Translations under genes and position numbers: made by a program
The notes under the pieces: generated by a model
Databases searched by the model: none
Seen by the model: the letters and a program-made list of their open reading frames with translations, nothing else
Told to the model about the DNA's origin: nothing
NCBI GenBank assembly: GCA_949127775.1
Contig: CASBQF010000094.1
Location: forward strand, 16,198 to 80,197
Direction: 5' to 3'
DNA length: 64,000 bases
DNA from: Oscillatoriales cyanobacterium PMM_0080
GTDB taxonomy: Bacteria > Cyanobacteriota > Cyanobacteriia > Cyanobacteriales > Microcoleaceae
In this document: positions 38,955 to 48,461 of the stretch, one piece after another
Layout: every line of letters begins with the position of its first letter
Position numbering within the stretch: position 1 is the stretch's first letter

Positions 38955-40124
38955 TTAAAAATTTTCAGGAAGTCCGCCGATATAGCCTCTCAAAAATGCC
39001 TCTGATAATGATACAGGTTCTTGCCCCTCCAAAGGTTTAGGTTTGAGAATGCGTATTGCTTTAGTATGCCCTAATTGACTGCGGTAGATCACAAACAGCC
39101 GCTGTTCGTCATCATCTAAATCCAAACCGTCCAAAACTGCCGGGTTGTGAGTTGTTAAGATGACTTGTTTATCATTCTTTTTTGCAAGTTCGACTAATTC
39201 TTCGATTAATCGGCGACACAATCGAGGATTTAGGGAAGCGTCAATGTTATCAATTGCAAAAAATTTAGGCGTGAGTTCGCTGATGAACAAGGTAAAGTAA
39301 AATAGTAAAAACAAAAAGCCTTCATTCGAGCTTTTTTGGTCAAAGTAACTTAAATCTGTATCTAAGTATCTATCTGTGATTTGGAGAGAAGTTTGCATCG
39401 CTGATAAATTTTGAGGAACTTCAAAATCTTTAAACCAATCTATCAATTGCAACTTTTCTTTGATTTGATTGAGTTTATCTGGGTTGTCTGCATTCAAGAC
39501 ATTTATAAGTTTAAACAAGCCTTCACCATTAATGCCTAACGGTTGAATTTGTCCTTCTTTTTCAAAAGTTCGTAAAGCTGGGTTTTCAGGGGAGTAAATT
39601 ATAAATTCATTTAAGTGAAGTATTGGAATGAATGATTCGGCATCTTTTTTGAAGTTTGAGAATACTTGTTCTGAAAGTTCCGTTTCTTCTTCTAATAGAG
39701 ATTTTAATTTTTCTCTTCCCCCATGTTTTTGAATAAGCAAATTAATGGCATCTTTTAGAGAGTATTCAGAATCAGCAAAGAAGTTTTTACTAACCCACTG
39801 AGAATAGGGAGAATTATCATTTTGTAAAATACAACTAAATTGTTCTTTATCATTCTCTCTTAATTCAATGCTAATATCTTTAGTAAGATTATCCTTTTCA
39901 AAAGCCGATCGCATAAATCGAGGTTCTGTCACCCGAATTCCCCGTGCAGCAAGGAACTCATTATCCAGTTTATCACTAGCAGCCGCCGAAGCCAGGGCGA
40001 TCGCCTCCAAAATATTGCTCTTACCGCAGCCATTTTCGCCAATCAGTACGGTGACTCGTCCTAATTCCAGCTTCAGCTTTTGAATAGACTTGTAATTTTG
40101 GATTCTGACTTCTTTAATCATCAT
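38955..40124 (-). CDS. ABC-type (AAA_21/AAA_15-like) ATPase
   Basis: IQNYKSI, Walker A GENGCGKS, signature-like SSNEG, Walker B region AIDNIDASLNP, H-loop TTHNP. Confidence 0.85.
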   Translation of the reverse strand: MMIKEVRIQNYKSIQKLKLELGRVTVLIGENGCGKSNILEAIALASAAASDKLDNEFLAARGIRVTEPRFMRSAFEKDNLTKDISIELRENDKEQFSCILQNDNSPYSQWVSKNFFADSEYSLKDAINLLIQKHGGREKLKSLLEEETELSEQVFSNFKKDAESFIPILHLNEFIIYSPENPALRTFEKEGQIQPLGINGEGLFKLINVLNADNPDKLNQIKEKLQLIDWFKDFEVPQNLSAMQTSLQITDRYLDTDLSYFDQKSSNEGFLFLLFYFTLFISELTPKFFAIDNIDASLNPRLCRRLIEELVELAKKNDKQVILTTHNPAVLDGLDLDDDEQRLFVIYRSQLGHTKAIRILKPKPLEGQEPVSLSEAFLRGYIGGLPENF

Positions 40125-40168
40125 TCAATCCCCTATAATCTTAGTTGACTCATTATATTTGCGATCGC

Positions 40169-41041
40169 ATGGATCTCAAGGAACGCCTGCACAGCCACCT
40201 AATTCAAATTGTACGCGATCGCAATCCATACCTCGCATCAGCAGGGCACTTCTATGTGCAGCAATACATTCGCGAAGAGTTGGGACAGTGGGGAACCGTA
40301 GAAATCGACGATTTTGCGGTGCGGGGGCGAATTCATCACAATTTTATCTTGGATTTACCCCCCCTCAATCCCCCCCTTGGTAAGGGGGGGAAGCAAGAAA
40401 AGAAGCAAGATAATTTGCCGATTATTATAGGTGCTCATTACGATACTGTACCCGGGACGCCCGGGGCTGATGATAATGCTACAGGAGTGGCTGTTTTGCT
40501 GGAATTGGCGGCAGAATTTGCTTCTCGTCCCCTGAAATATCCAGTGCAATTAGTCGCCTTCGATATGGAAGAATACGGTTATTTTGGAAGCAGTCATCAT
40601 GCTGCAAAATACAAGCAACAGCAACAGTCAATTCGGTTGATGATTTCTTTGGAAATGTTGGGTTATTGCAACAACAATCCCAATTCGCAAAGCTATCCCG
40701 CTGGCTTGAAATATTTTTATCCAAATTGTGGCAATTTTATTGCTTTAATTGGAAACTTGCGGACTGTTTCAGATATGATTACTTTGAGCCGAAATATCCG
40801 CAAATCTGGCCAGCCCTGCGAGTGGTTGCCGGTGCCGAATCGAGGTTTAATTGTACCGGATACTCGCCGCAGCGATCATGTTCCTTTTTGGGATAATGGT
40901 TATCCGGCGATTATGGTGACGGATACGGCTAATATGCGGAATCCGCACTATCATCAACCGAGTGATAAGATTGAGACTTTGGATTTGGATTTTTTGGCTG
41001 GTGTTTGTGGGGGGTTGGTTGATGCTATTCGGTATATATAG
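40169..41041 (+). CDS. M28 family metallopeptidase with an in-frame repeat insertion
   Basis: GAHYD, GADDNATG, FDMEE, SLEMLG, RSDH, PHYH; insert PPLNPPLGKGGK. Confidence 0.88.
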   Translation: MDLKERLHSHLIQIVRDRNPYLASAGHFYVQQYIREELGQWGTVEIDDFAVRGRIHHNFILDLPPLNPPLGKGGKQEKKQDNLPIIIGAHYDTVPGTPGADDNATGVAVLLELAAEFASRPLKYPVQLVAFDMEEYGYFGSSHHAAKYKQQQQSIRLMISLEMLGYCNNNPNSQSYPAGLKYFYPNCGNFIALIGNLRTVSDMITLSRNIRKSGQPCEWLPVPNRGLIVPDTRRSDHVPFWDNGYPAIMVTDTANMRNPHYHQPSDKIETLDLDFLAGVCGGLVDAIRYI

Positions 41042-41095
41042 ATTTTTTTTAATGAACCGCGAAGGCGCGAAGGGCGCGAAGGAAGAAGGAAGAAG

Positions 41096-44000
41096 ATGAA
41101 AAAAGAAGATATGAATACTGATTTTCCCGATCGCACTTCGTGGCAATTTTGGATCGATCGCGGCGGTACTTTTACTGATATAGTAGCCCAAAAGCCCGAC
41201 GGTACGTTAGTTATTCACAAGTTGCTGTCGGAAAATCCCGATCGCTACACCGACGCAGCAGTGCAAGGAATTCGCGATATTTTGGGGATTGCGGCGGGGG
41301 AATCGATACCAGCGGGGACGATTTCAGCGATTAAAATGGGGACGACGGTGGCGACAAATGCTTTACTTGAACGTAAGGGCGATCGTACAATCCTGATAAT
41401 TACCAAAGGTTTCGGCGATGCGCTGAGAATTGGCTACCAAAACCGCCCGAATATCTTCGCCCGGCACATTGTTTTGCCAGAGATGTTGTACGATTGCGTT
41501 ATTGAGGTTACAGAACGCTACAGTGCCCAAGGTGAGGAGTTAACTGCTGTCAATCCTGAGTTTATCCCGTTTTTGCAGCAAGCCTACGATGACGGAATTC
41601 GCAGTTGTGCGATCGTCTTTATGCACGGCTACCGCTATTCGGATCACGAAAAACAAGTTGCTGAAATAGCTAAAAAAATTGGTTTTACTCAAATATCAGT
41701 ATCTCACGAAGTCAGCCCGCTGATGAAATTGGTTTCGCGAGGAGATACTGCGGTTGTTGATGCTTATTTATCTCCTATTTTGCGACGTTATGTTGACCAA
41801 ATCACTAGGGAATTAAACCCCGACAAATCTACCAATTCCCAATTACCGATTACCAATTCCCCATTCCCCCAATTAATGTTTATGCAGTCAAACGGCGGCT
41901 TAGTAGATGCCGCCCAATTTCAAGGCAAAAACAGTATTTTATCCGGCCCGGCTGGGGGAATTGTCGGTGCAGTTCAAACCAGTAAAAAGGCTGGTTTTGA
42001 CAAAATTATTACCTTTGATATGGGCGGAACTTCGACAGATGTTGCCCATTTTAACGGCGAATATGAACGCGAATTTGAGACGGAAATTGCAGGGGTGAGA
42101 TTGCGATCGCCCGTGATGGCAATTCACACTGTAGCAGCCGGTGGCGGTTCGATCGTCTTTTTTGACGGGGCGCGCTACCGTGTTGGGCCGGAGTCTGCGG
42201 GCGCAAATCCAGGCCCTGCTTGCTATCGAAAGGGCGGCCCTTTGACTGTGACTGATTGTAATGTGATGTTGGGCAAAATTCAACCGGCTTTTTTCCCGAA
42301 GGTGTTTGGATTGCAGGGAGATTTGCCGATCGCCCCTGACGTAGTTAAGCAAAAATTTGTGCAGTTAGCGGGGGAAATTGGGGGCGAGAAGACGGCGGAA
42401 CAGGTGGCGGAGGGGTTTTTGGCGATCGCCGTGGAAAAGATGGCTAATGCGGTCAAAAAAATGTCGCTTCAGCGCGGTTATGACGTTTCCGAGTATACAC
42501 TGTGCTGTTTCGGCGGTGCGGGCGGCCAACACGCTTGTGCGATCGCCGATAGTTTGGGCATGAAACGGGTGTTTATTCATCCCTACGCGGGGGTGTTATC
42601 CGCTTACGGTATGGGTTTGGCTGATGTGCGGGCTATGCGCGAAAGGGCGATCGAGCAATTATTAACTGCCGAATTAATTGCGGATTTGGATAATATTTTA
42701 GCGGAATTGGAAGCGGAGGGAAAGAGGGAATTGAACCGCAGAGGCGCAGAGGACACAGAGGGAGAGAAAGAGGTTTTAATTATTAGGAAGCTGCATCTCA
42801 AATATCAGGGAAGCGATTCGGTTTTAATGGTGAATTTTGCTGGGAGTGTGGAGGAGATGCAGGCAGATTTTGAAGCAGCGCATCGACAGCGGTACAGTTT
42901 TCTGATGCCGGAAAAAGCACTAATTGTAGAAGCAGTTTCTGTAGAAGTTGTAGAAACAATGGATGTACTGGATCATTCTACAAATCCCCCATCTTGTGGC
43001 ACAGGCATCTTACCTGTGTCCAATAATTCTACAAATCTCTCTTCTTGTGGCACAGGCATCTTGCCTGTGGCTGAAGCATCAACAAATTCCCCATCTTGTG
43101 GCACAGGCATCTTGCCTGTGTCCCCAATTTCCACTGTACAAATGTATGTTGCTGGTGAATGGCGGGAAACGCCTGTCTATCAAAGACACGATTTGCGATC
43201 GGGCGATCGCATTACCGGCCCGGCGATGATTGTCGAAGCAACTGGAACTAATATTATAGAACCAGGTTGGGAAGGTGAGATTACCAAAAATAACGACTTA
43301 ATTTTGAACCGCAGATCCACACAGATGAATGCAGTTAACACCCATTCATCTGCGGTTAAATCAGATCCAGTTTTGCTAGAAATTTTCAATAACTTGTTTC
43401 GCGCCATCGCCGAACAAATGGGCGTCACATTGCAAAACACAAGTTCCTCCGTCAACATCAAAGAACGCCTCGACTTTTCCTGTGCAATCTTCGATGCCAA
43501 CGGGCAATTAGTTGCCAACGCGCCGCACATTCCCGTGCATCTCGGTTCGATGAGCGAAAGCGTTTCAGCTTTAATTCTAGCACAAAGCAATACAATTAAA
43601 CCGGGAGATGTTTATGTTTCTAACAATCCCTATAATGGCGGGACACACTTACCAGATATCACCGTAATTACTCCAGTATTCGATCGTGATTCCTCGCTTC
43701 CTTTGTTTTATGTGGCCTCGCGGGGACACCACGCCGACATCGGCGGCATCACTCCCGGTTCCATGCCTCCGAATAGTAAGATTGTAACTGAAGAAGGCGT
43801 ATTGTTTGACAATTTTCAGTTAGTTAGCGAGGGCAAATTCCGAGAAACAGAATTACTACAAACCCTCACAGCCGGGGATTTTCCGGTTCGCAATGTCGCA
43901 CAAAATATCGCCGACTTGCACGCGCAAATTGCCGCCAACAATCGCGGCTTAGCAGAACTTCTCAAGATGGTAGAACATTACGGCTTGGAAACAGTACAAG

Positions 44001-44893
44001 CTTATATGGGTTTTGTGCAAGATAATGCTGAAGAATCTGTGCGCCGAGTCATTGAGGTTTTGACTGATGGCGAGTTTACTTATCCGATGGATAGCGGCGG
44101 ACAGATTAAGGTAGCTATTACAATTAATCAGTCAGCGCGCAGTGCGAAAATAGATTTTACTGGCACTTCTCCCCAGCAATTCAACAATTTTAATGCTCCG
44201 GCTGCGGTGTGTAAAGCGGCTGTGTTGTATGTTTTCCGCACTTTGGTAGATGACGATATCCCTCTGAATGCTGGCTGTTTGAAGCCTCTGGAAATTGTCA
44301 ATCCGGCTGGCTGTATGCTGAATCCGCGCTATCCGGCGGCTGTGGTGGCGGGAAATGTGGAAACTTCGCAGAATATTACGGATGCTTTGTATTGTGCGTT
44401 GGGTGCGATCGCATCTTCTCAGGGCACCATGAATAATTTCACATTTGGCGATCACCGCTATCAATATTATGAAACAATTTGCGGCGGTTCGGGTGCTGGT
44501 GCAAATTTCGACGGCACTGATGCGGTACAAACTCACATGACTAATTCGCGTTTAACCGATCCAGAGGTATTAGAATGGCGGTTTCCGGTGCTGTTAGAAA
44601 GTTTTGCAATCCGGGCTAATAGCGGGGGGAATGGATATCATTGCGGTGGTAATGGAGTGGTGCGGCGAGTGCGATTTCTGGAGGATCTGACGGCGGGAAT
44701 TTTGTCGGGGCGGCGGGTGATTTCTCCCTGCGGTTTGGATGGGGGTGAAGCGGGGAAAGTAGGGCGGAATTATGTTGAACGTGTGGATGGAAATGTTGAG
44801 GAATTGGGGAGTACGGCGAGTGTGGAAATGCAGGCTGGGGATGTGTTTGTTATTGAGACTCCGGGGGGCGGAGGTTATGGTACTATTGTGTAA
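41096..44893 (+). CDS. 5-oxoprolinase / hydantoinase A+B fusion
   Basis: [72 protein letters not shown]. Confidence 0.93.
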   Translation: MKKEDMNTDFPDRTSWQFWIDRGGTFTDIVAQKPDGTLVIHKLLSENPDRYTDAAVQGIRDILGIAAGESIPAGTISAIKMGTTVATNALLERKGDRTILIITKGFGDALRIGYQNRPNIFARHIVLPEMLYDCVIEVTERYSAQGEELTAVNPEFIPFLQQAYDDGIRSCAIVFMHGYRYSDHEKQVAEIAKKIGFTQISVSHEVSPLMKLVSRGDTAVVDAYLSPILRRYVDQITRELNPDKSTNSQLPITNSPFPQLMFMQSNGGLVDAAQFQGKNSILSGPAGGIVGAVQTSKKAGFDKIITFDMGGTSTDVAHFNGEYEREFETEIAGVRLRSPVMAIHTVAAGGGSIVFFDGARYRVGPESAGANPGPACYRKGGPLTVTDCNVMLGKIQPAFFPKVFGLQGDLPIAPDVVKQKFVQLAGEIGGEKTAEQVAEGFLAIAVEKMANAVKKMSLQRGYDVSEYTLCCFGGAGGQHACAIADSLGMKRVFIHPYAGVLSAYGMGLADVRAMRERAIEQLLTAELIADLDNILAELEAEGKRELNRRGAEDTEGEKEVLIIRKLHLKYQGSDSVLMVNFAGSVEEMQADFEAAHRQRYSFLMPEKALIVEAVSVEVVETMDVLDHSTNPPSCGTGILPVSNNSTNLSSCGTGILPVAEASTNSPSCGTGILPVSPISTVQMYVAGEWRETPVYQRHDLRSGDRITGPAMIVEATGTNIIEPGWEGEITKNNDLILNRRSTQMNAVNTHSSAVKSDPVLLEIFNNLFRAIAEQMGVTLQNTSSSVNIKERLDFSCAIFDANGQLVANAPHIPVHLGSMSESVSALILAQSNTIKPGDVYVSNNPYNGGTHLPDITVITPVFDRDSSLPLFYVASRGHHADIGGITPGSMPPNSKIVTEEGVLFDNFQLVSEGKFRETELLQTLTAGDFPVRNVAQNIADLHAQIAANNRGLAELLKMVEHYGLETVQAYMGFVQDNAEESVRRVIEVLTDGEFTYPMDSGGQIKVAITINQSARSAKIDFTGTSPQQFNNFNAPAAVCKAAVLYVFRTLVDDDIPLNAGCLKPLEIVNPAGCMLNPRYPAAVVAGNVETSQNITDALYCALGAIASSQGTMNNFTFGDHRYQYYETICGGSGAGANFDGTDAVQTHMTNSRLTDPEVLEWRFPVLLESFAIRANSGGNGYHCGGNGVVRRVRFLEDLTAGILSGRRVISPCGLDGGEAGKVGRNYVERVDGNVEELGSTASVEMQAGDVFVIETPGGGGYGTIV

Positions 44894-44930
44894 CACCAAT
44901 AAAATCAACTAAATTATAGAGGTGACTGTG

Positions 44931-46055
44931 ATGGCTGATAGTTCTTTCTTTGATGAGTCCAGAGATAATTCTTTAGTAAAATCAGAAATAGTTGCTAAAT
45001 ACTTTTGGGCGTGGGCAAAGGTAATTATACCCACAGCCAAAAAATGGAGTAATAAAATTGCCTATATTGATTTGTTCTCTGGGCCAGGTCGCTATAAAGA
45101 CGGTTCCAAGTCTACTCCATTACTTATCTTGGAACGTGCTATTGCTGATCCAGATATGTCACAAATGCTAGTAACCTTGTTTAATGATAAGGACTCAGAT
45201 AATACTCAGTCTCTTCAGCAGGCTATAGAATCCATCCCAGATATAAGCAGGTTAACCCATAAGCCAATACTTTTAAACAAGGAGGTTGGAGAAGAAATTG
45301 TTCAAGCAATTAAACAAATCAATAAGATTCCTACGCTATTTTTTATCGATCCTTGGGGTTATAAAGGCTTGTCACTTGCGCTAATCGGAGCGGTCATCAA
45401 AGATTGGGGTTGTGATTGTATATTTTTCTTTAACTACAATAGAGTAAATATGGGATTGCCTAACTCTTCTGTAGACAAACACATGGACTCTCTATTTGGT
45501 CAAGAGCGAGCTAATGCGCTTCGAGAACAACTAAAGTTGAAGAAACCGTATGAGCGAGAGTTAGTTATTGTAGAGGGGATTTCCCAGGCTCTCAAAGAAA
45601 TAGGTGGCAATTACGTTCTTCCATTTTGTTTTAAAACAGATACAGGAACCAGAACTAGCCACCATCTAATTTTTGTTTCTAAGAATGTCCGTGGTTACTC
45701 AATCATGAAAGAAATCATGGCAAAGGAAAGCTCTAGTACAGAGCAAGGTGTACCGTTGTTTGAGTATAATTCAGCCACACAATATCAACCTTTGCTTTTC
45801 GAGCTATCACGACCACTTGACGATTTAGAAAATATGCTATTGCATGAGTTTGCTGGTCAAACACTGACAATGGAAGAAATTTATAATCGGCATAATGTTG
45901 GCAAACGTTACATTAGTAAAAATTACAAGGAATCTCTGCGGAAACTAGAACAACAGGGTAAAATCATAGCAGATCCACCAGCCAGTAAACGAAGGAAGTA
46001 CAAAGGAGAAATTACATTTGGAGAGAATGTGAAAGTTACATTTTCACCAAAGTAG
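44931..46055 (+). CDS. tcmP: Three-Cys-motif partner protein TcmP-like (SAM-dependent methyltransferase-like fold + C-terminal winged helix)
   Basis: YIDLFSGPGRY (motif I-like), FFIDPWGYKG, FFFNYN, HLIFVSK; basic helical tail YKESLRKLEQQGKI. Confidence 0.75.
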   Translation: MADSSFFDESRDNSLVKSEIVAKYFWAWAKVIIPTAKKWSNKIAYIDLFSGPGRYKDGSKSTPLLILERAIADPDMSQMLVTLFNDKDSDNTQSLQQAIESIPDISRLTHKPILLNKEVGEEIVQAIKQINKIPTLFFIDPWGYKGLSLALIGAVIKDWGCDCIFFFNYNRVNMGLPNSSVDKHMDSLFGQERANALREQLKLKKPYERELVIVEGISQALKEIGGNYVLPFCFKTDTGTRTSHHLIFVSKNVRGYSIMKEIMAKESSSTEQGVPLFEYNSATQYQPLLFELSRPLDDLENMLLHEFAGQTLTMEEIYNRHNVGKRYISKNYKESLRKLEQQGKIIADPPASKRRKYKGEITFGENVKVTFSPK

Positions 46056-46824
46056 GTGATACTACTTTATTTGAGTTACGACTCATCTTGAAAGTGTAGC
46101 CCTTGAATTGCCTTTGATGTTTATCCCATGCTTCCGGCATCTCATCCCAAATTTTATCATCCAGAAGTCTCCCAGCAGCTTTAGGTGTTCTACCTCCCCA
46201 TTGCTTGAAGAAAAACGCGACTTCAGCATCCTGACACTGATCTCGAATACTTTGAGCCCATTCTGCTTGCATCGGACGGTGTTTTTGTCCCGATTCTCCA
46301 CCAACTATTACCCAGTGAATTCCGTTTAAATCAAGTTGCAAAGGCCCTAAAAGTGGTTCGCAGGATAAAAAGCGTACTTTTGCATTGACTTTTCGCAAAG
46401 AATCCACACGATGAACATAATTTTGATTCTCGACAGATACGCCCATCCAAATATTATCAGACCATTCAAGCTGAGAAGCTAACTCTTCTAAACGTTTATC
46501 TCGCTTTGTAAGGATTTGATAAATGTGGTGAGGAGTTTCACGCATTACATCAAAGACTTGTTTCAAAAAATCAAGAGAAATATCTTCATGGAACAAATCG
46601 CTCATTGAATTAACAAAGATACGACTAGGCTTTCGCCAACCTCTAGGTTCGTTCAAACGCTTTGGGTGTTCTTGAAAAGTAAACCCATTAGGGAAATTAG
46701 TGTGAAACCTTTTTGTTAATGCTTCTGCATAACAATGAGTGCATCCCGGACTGACTTTATCGCAGCCAGTTGTTGGATTCCATGTTCTGTCCGTCCATTC
46801 GATACCAGTATTAATGCTAGACAT
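46036..46824 (-). CDS. DUF5131 (phage Gp37/Gp68) family protein
   Basis: IEWTD.TWNP.TGCDKVSPGCTHCYA (CX6CX2C), VNSMSDLFH, LTKR, SCEPLLG, VGGESG, FFKQWGG. Confidence 0.88.
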   Translation of the reverse strand: MSSINTGIEWTDRTWNPTTGCDKVSPGCTHCYAEALTKRFHTNFPNGFTFQEHPKRLNEPRGWRKPSRIFVNSMSDLFHEDISLDFLKQVFDVMRETPHHIYQILTKRDKRLEELASQLEWSDNIWMGVSVENQNYVHRVDSLRKVNAKVRFLSCEPLLGPLQLDLNGIHWVIVGGESGQKHRPMQAEWAQSIRDQCQDAEVAFFFKQWGGRTPKAAGRLLDDKIWDEMPEAWDKHQRQFKGYTFKMSRNSNKVVSPTLVKM

Positions 46825-47046
46825 AGAAACACTTGACCCTTGAAACAACTAATTATCTTTTGAGGTGCGCTGGATACATAGAGTTTATATGTATCAATTT
46901 AGATTGATTCAGCATCACCTACAACTCTATTATATAATTAAATTGACTTAAATATCAACAGTTTTTCAGCACTTGCATCAAATGTATATGGTAGTGTAGA
47001 ATCGTGCTGCAACAGCATTTATTCCCAAAACCTTTAGAGAACAATT

Positions 47047-47694
47047 GTGCAAGCACCTGTTTTTTCCGAACTCAACCATCCTGTGGTAACATCCCTGTTC
47101 CATCACAGCGATCAGGAATTATTAACGCTGTTTCAAAACTATCCCGATCAGGGTAGATACTTTACCGCGATTTTTTGCCGCTACGCTCAAATTGTACACT
47201 CTCTGATTCGTCATTCCGTACGATCGCCCGTACAAGGCGATTACCTCTTCGCCCACACCTGGCAGCACATCTATCACGAGCTCCGGGGCCTCGATTTGCG
47301 TCGCGAAGTCCAAGACTCTGATGACAGCAATCTCAACCTCCAAAACTGGCTGATTAATGTCACCGCTGTCTGCATCAATCAAGCTGAATTGCCTCCTGTT
47401 GAGACGATTCACTACTCTTTACAATCAGCTCCGCCTCCTTTGTGGTGCTATGTCAGACAAGCTTTAGAATTGTTAGCGCCGTTGCCGCGTTTAGTCGTGT
47501 TGATGGCTCAAACTTTTCGCTGGAGCGAAACTCGAATTGCGGCTTATTTGCAAGCTGAAGGTGAAGCTATTTCGCCGGCTCAGGTAAAGGCTTTGTTGCA
47601 AAAAGGATATCAAACTTTAGAATCTAATTTGCCGGAGGATATTCGAGCTATTTATCTAGATGAAAATCTGGATTATCAACAGGCACTTGTCTAA
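47047..47694 (+). CDS. Conserved cyanobacterial protein resembling an ECF/sigma-70-like factor
   Basis: FTAIFCRY..IV.SLI...DYLFA.TW.HIY (region 2-like); PRLVVLM...WSETRIA (region 4-like). Confidence 0.55.
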   Translation: MQAPVFSELNHPVVTSLFHHSDQELLTLFQNYPDQGRYFTAIFCRYAQIVHSLIRHSVRSPVQGDYLFAHTWQHIYHELRGLDLRREVQDSDDSNLNLQNWLINVTAVCINQAELPPVETIHYSLQSAPPPLWCYVRQALELLAPLPRLVVLMAQTFRWSETRIAAYLQAEGEAISPAQVKALLQKGYQTLESNLPEDIRAIYLDENLDYQQALV

Positions 47695-47806
47695 ATATAC
47701 ACTATATAAATCCGCCCTTTCTAGGTGTAGGGGCGGGTTTTACCCTAAATATTTGGTAGGACTAATAGCATCGTAAACCCGCCCTTTCGCGAGGCATAAG
47801 GAAAAA

Positions 47807-48127
47807 ATGGCAGTTTATCAAGTTCGGTTGGTGAATCAGGAACGATCGCTCGATCGCACGATCGCCGTACCAGACGACCAGTATATCCTAGATATGGCAG
47901 AAGCCGCAGGTATTCGACTCCCCAATGGATGCAAGCAAGGAGAGTGTTCTGCCTGCGTTGTCAAACTGCTGAGCGGCAAAATCGACCAAAGCGAACAAAA
48001 GTTTTTGAAGCCGTCAGAATTGCAAGCTGGCTACGCTGTTACTTGTGTGGCTTACCCGCTTTCTGATTGCACTTTGTTAACTCATCAAGAACAAGTGGTA
48101 TATCAAGCATCTCTTTATTTGAAGTAA
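47807..48127 (+). CDS. Plant-type 2Fe-2S ferredoxin
   Basis: YILDMAE..GI.LP.GCKQGECSAC...TCVAYP.SDC. Confidence 0.9.
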   Translation: MAVYQVRLVNQERSLDRTIAVPDDQYILDMAEAAGIRLPNGCKQGECSACVVKLLSGKIDQSEQKFLKPSELQAGYAVTCVAYPLSDCTLLTHQEQVVYQASLYLK

Positions 48128-48461
48128 TCCGAAATCTGGTTAATTACCATCTTCTCTTCTAGGAACAATGGAGGAGACGGCAGTGCCGTTTCCCTACCTC
48201 AAAATAATCGTGGATGCTAGCGAGAGATGTAATCATCGCCCGATTAATTATTGTAAGGAAACGGCATCTTCAGTGCCCTGACTGTGGGTAATATCAAATT
48301 CGATGGCATGGGATTTGATATAAACGGAGGACACGGCAGTGTCGTGTCCCTACAATTGATCGCCGTAGGGACACGGCACTGCCGTCTCCTCTATATCATG
48401 TCTGAGTGTAACCGCAATGATGTAAGGTGCGCCGAAGAGCACCCTACTTAATACACAAAAG

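Noticed and set aside
42975-43127. Three regularly spaced ~25-bp repeats resembling a mini CRISPR array
   Set aside because: The spacers are similar to each other, the unit lies in frame in a CDS, the repeat matches a dispersed REP, and there are no cas genes.
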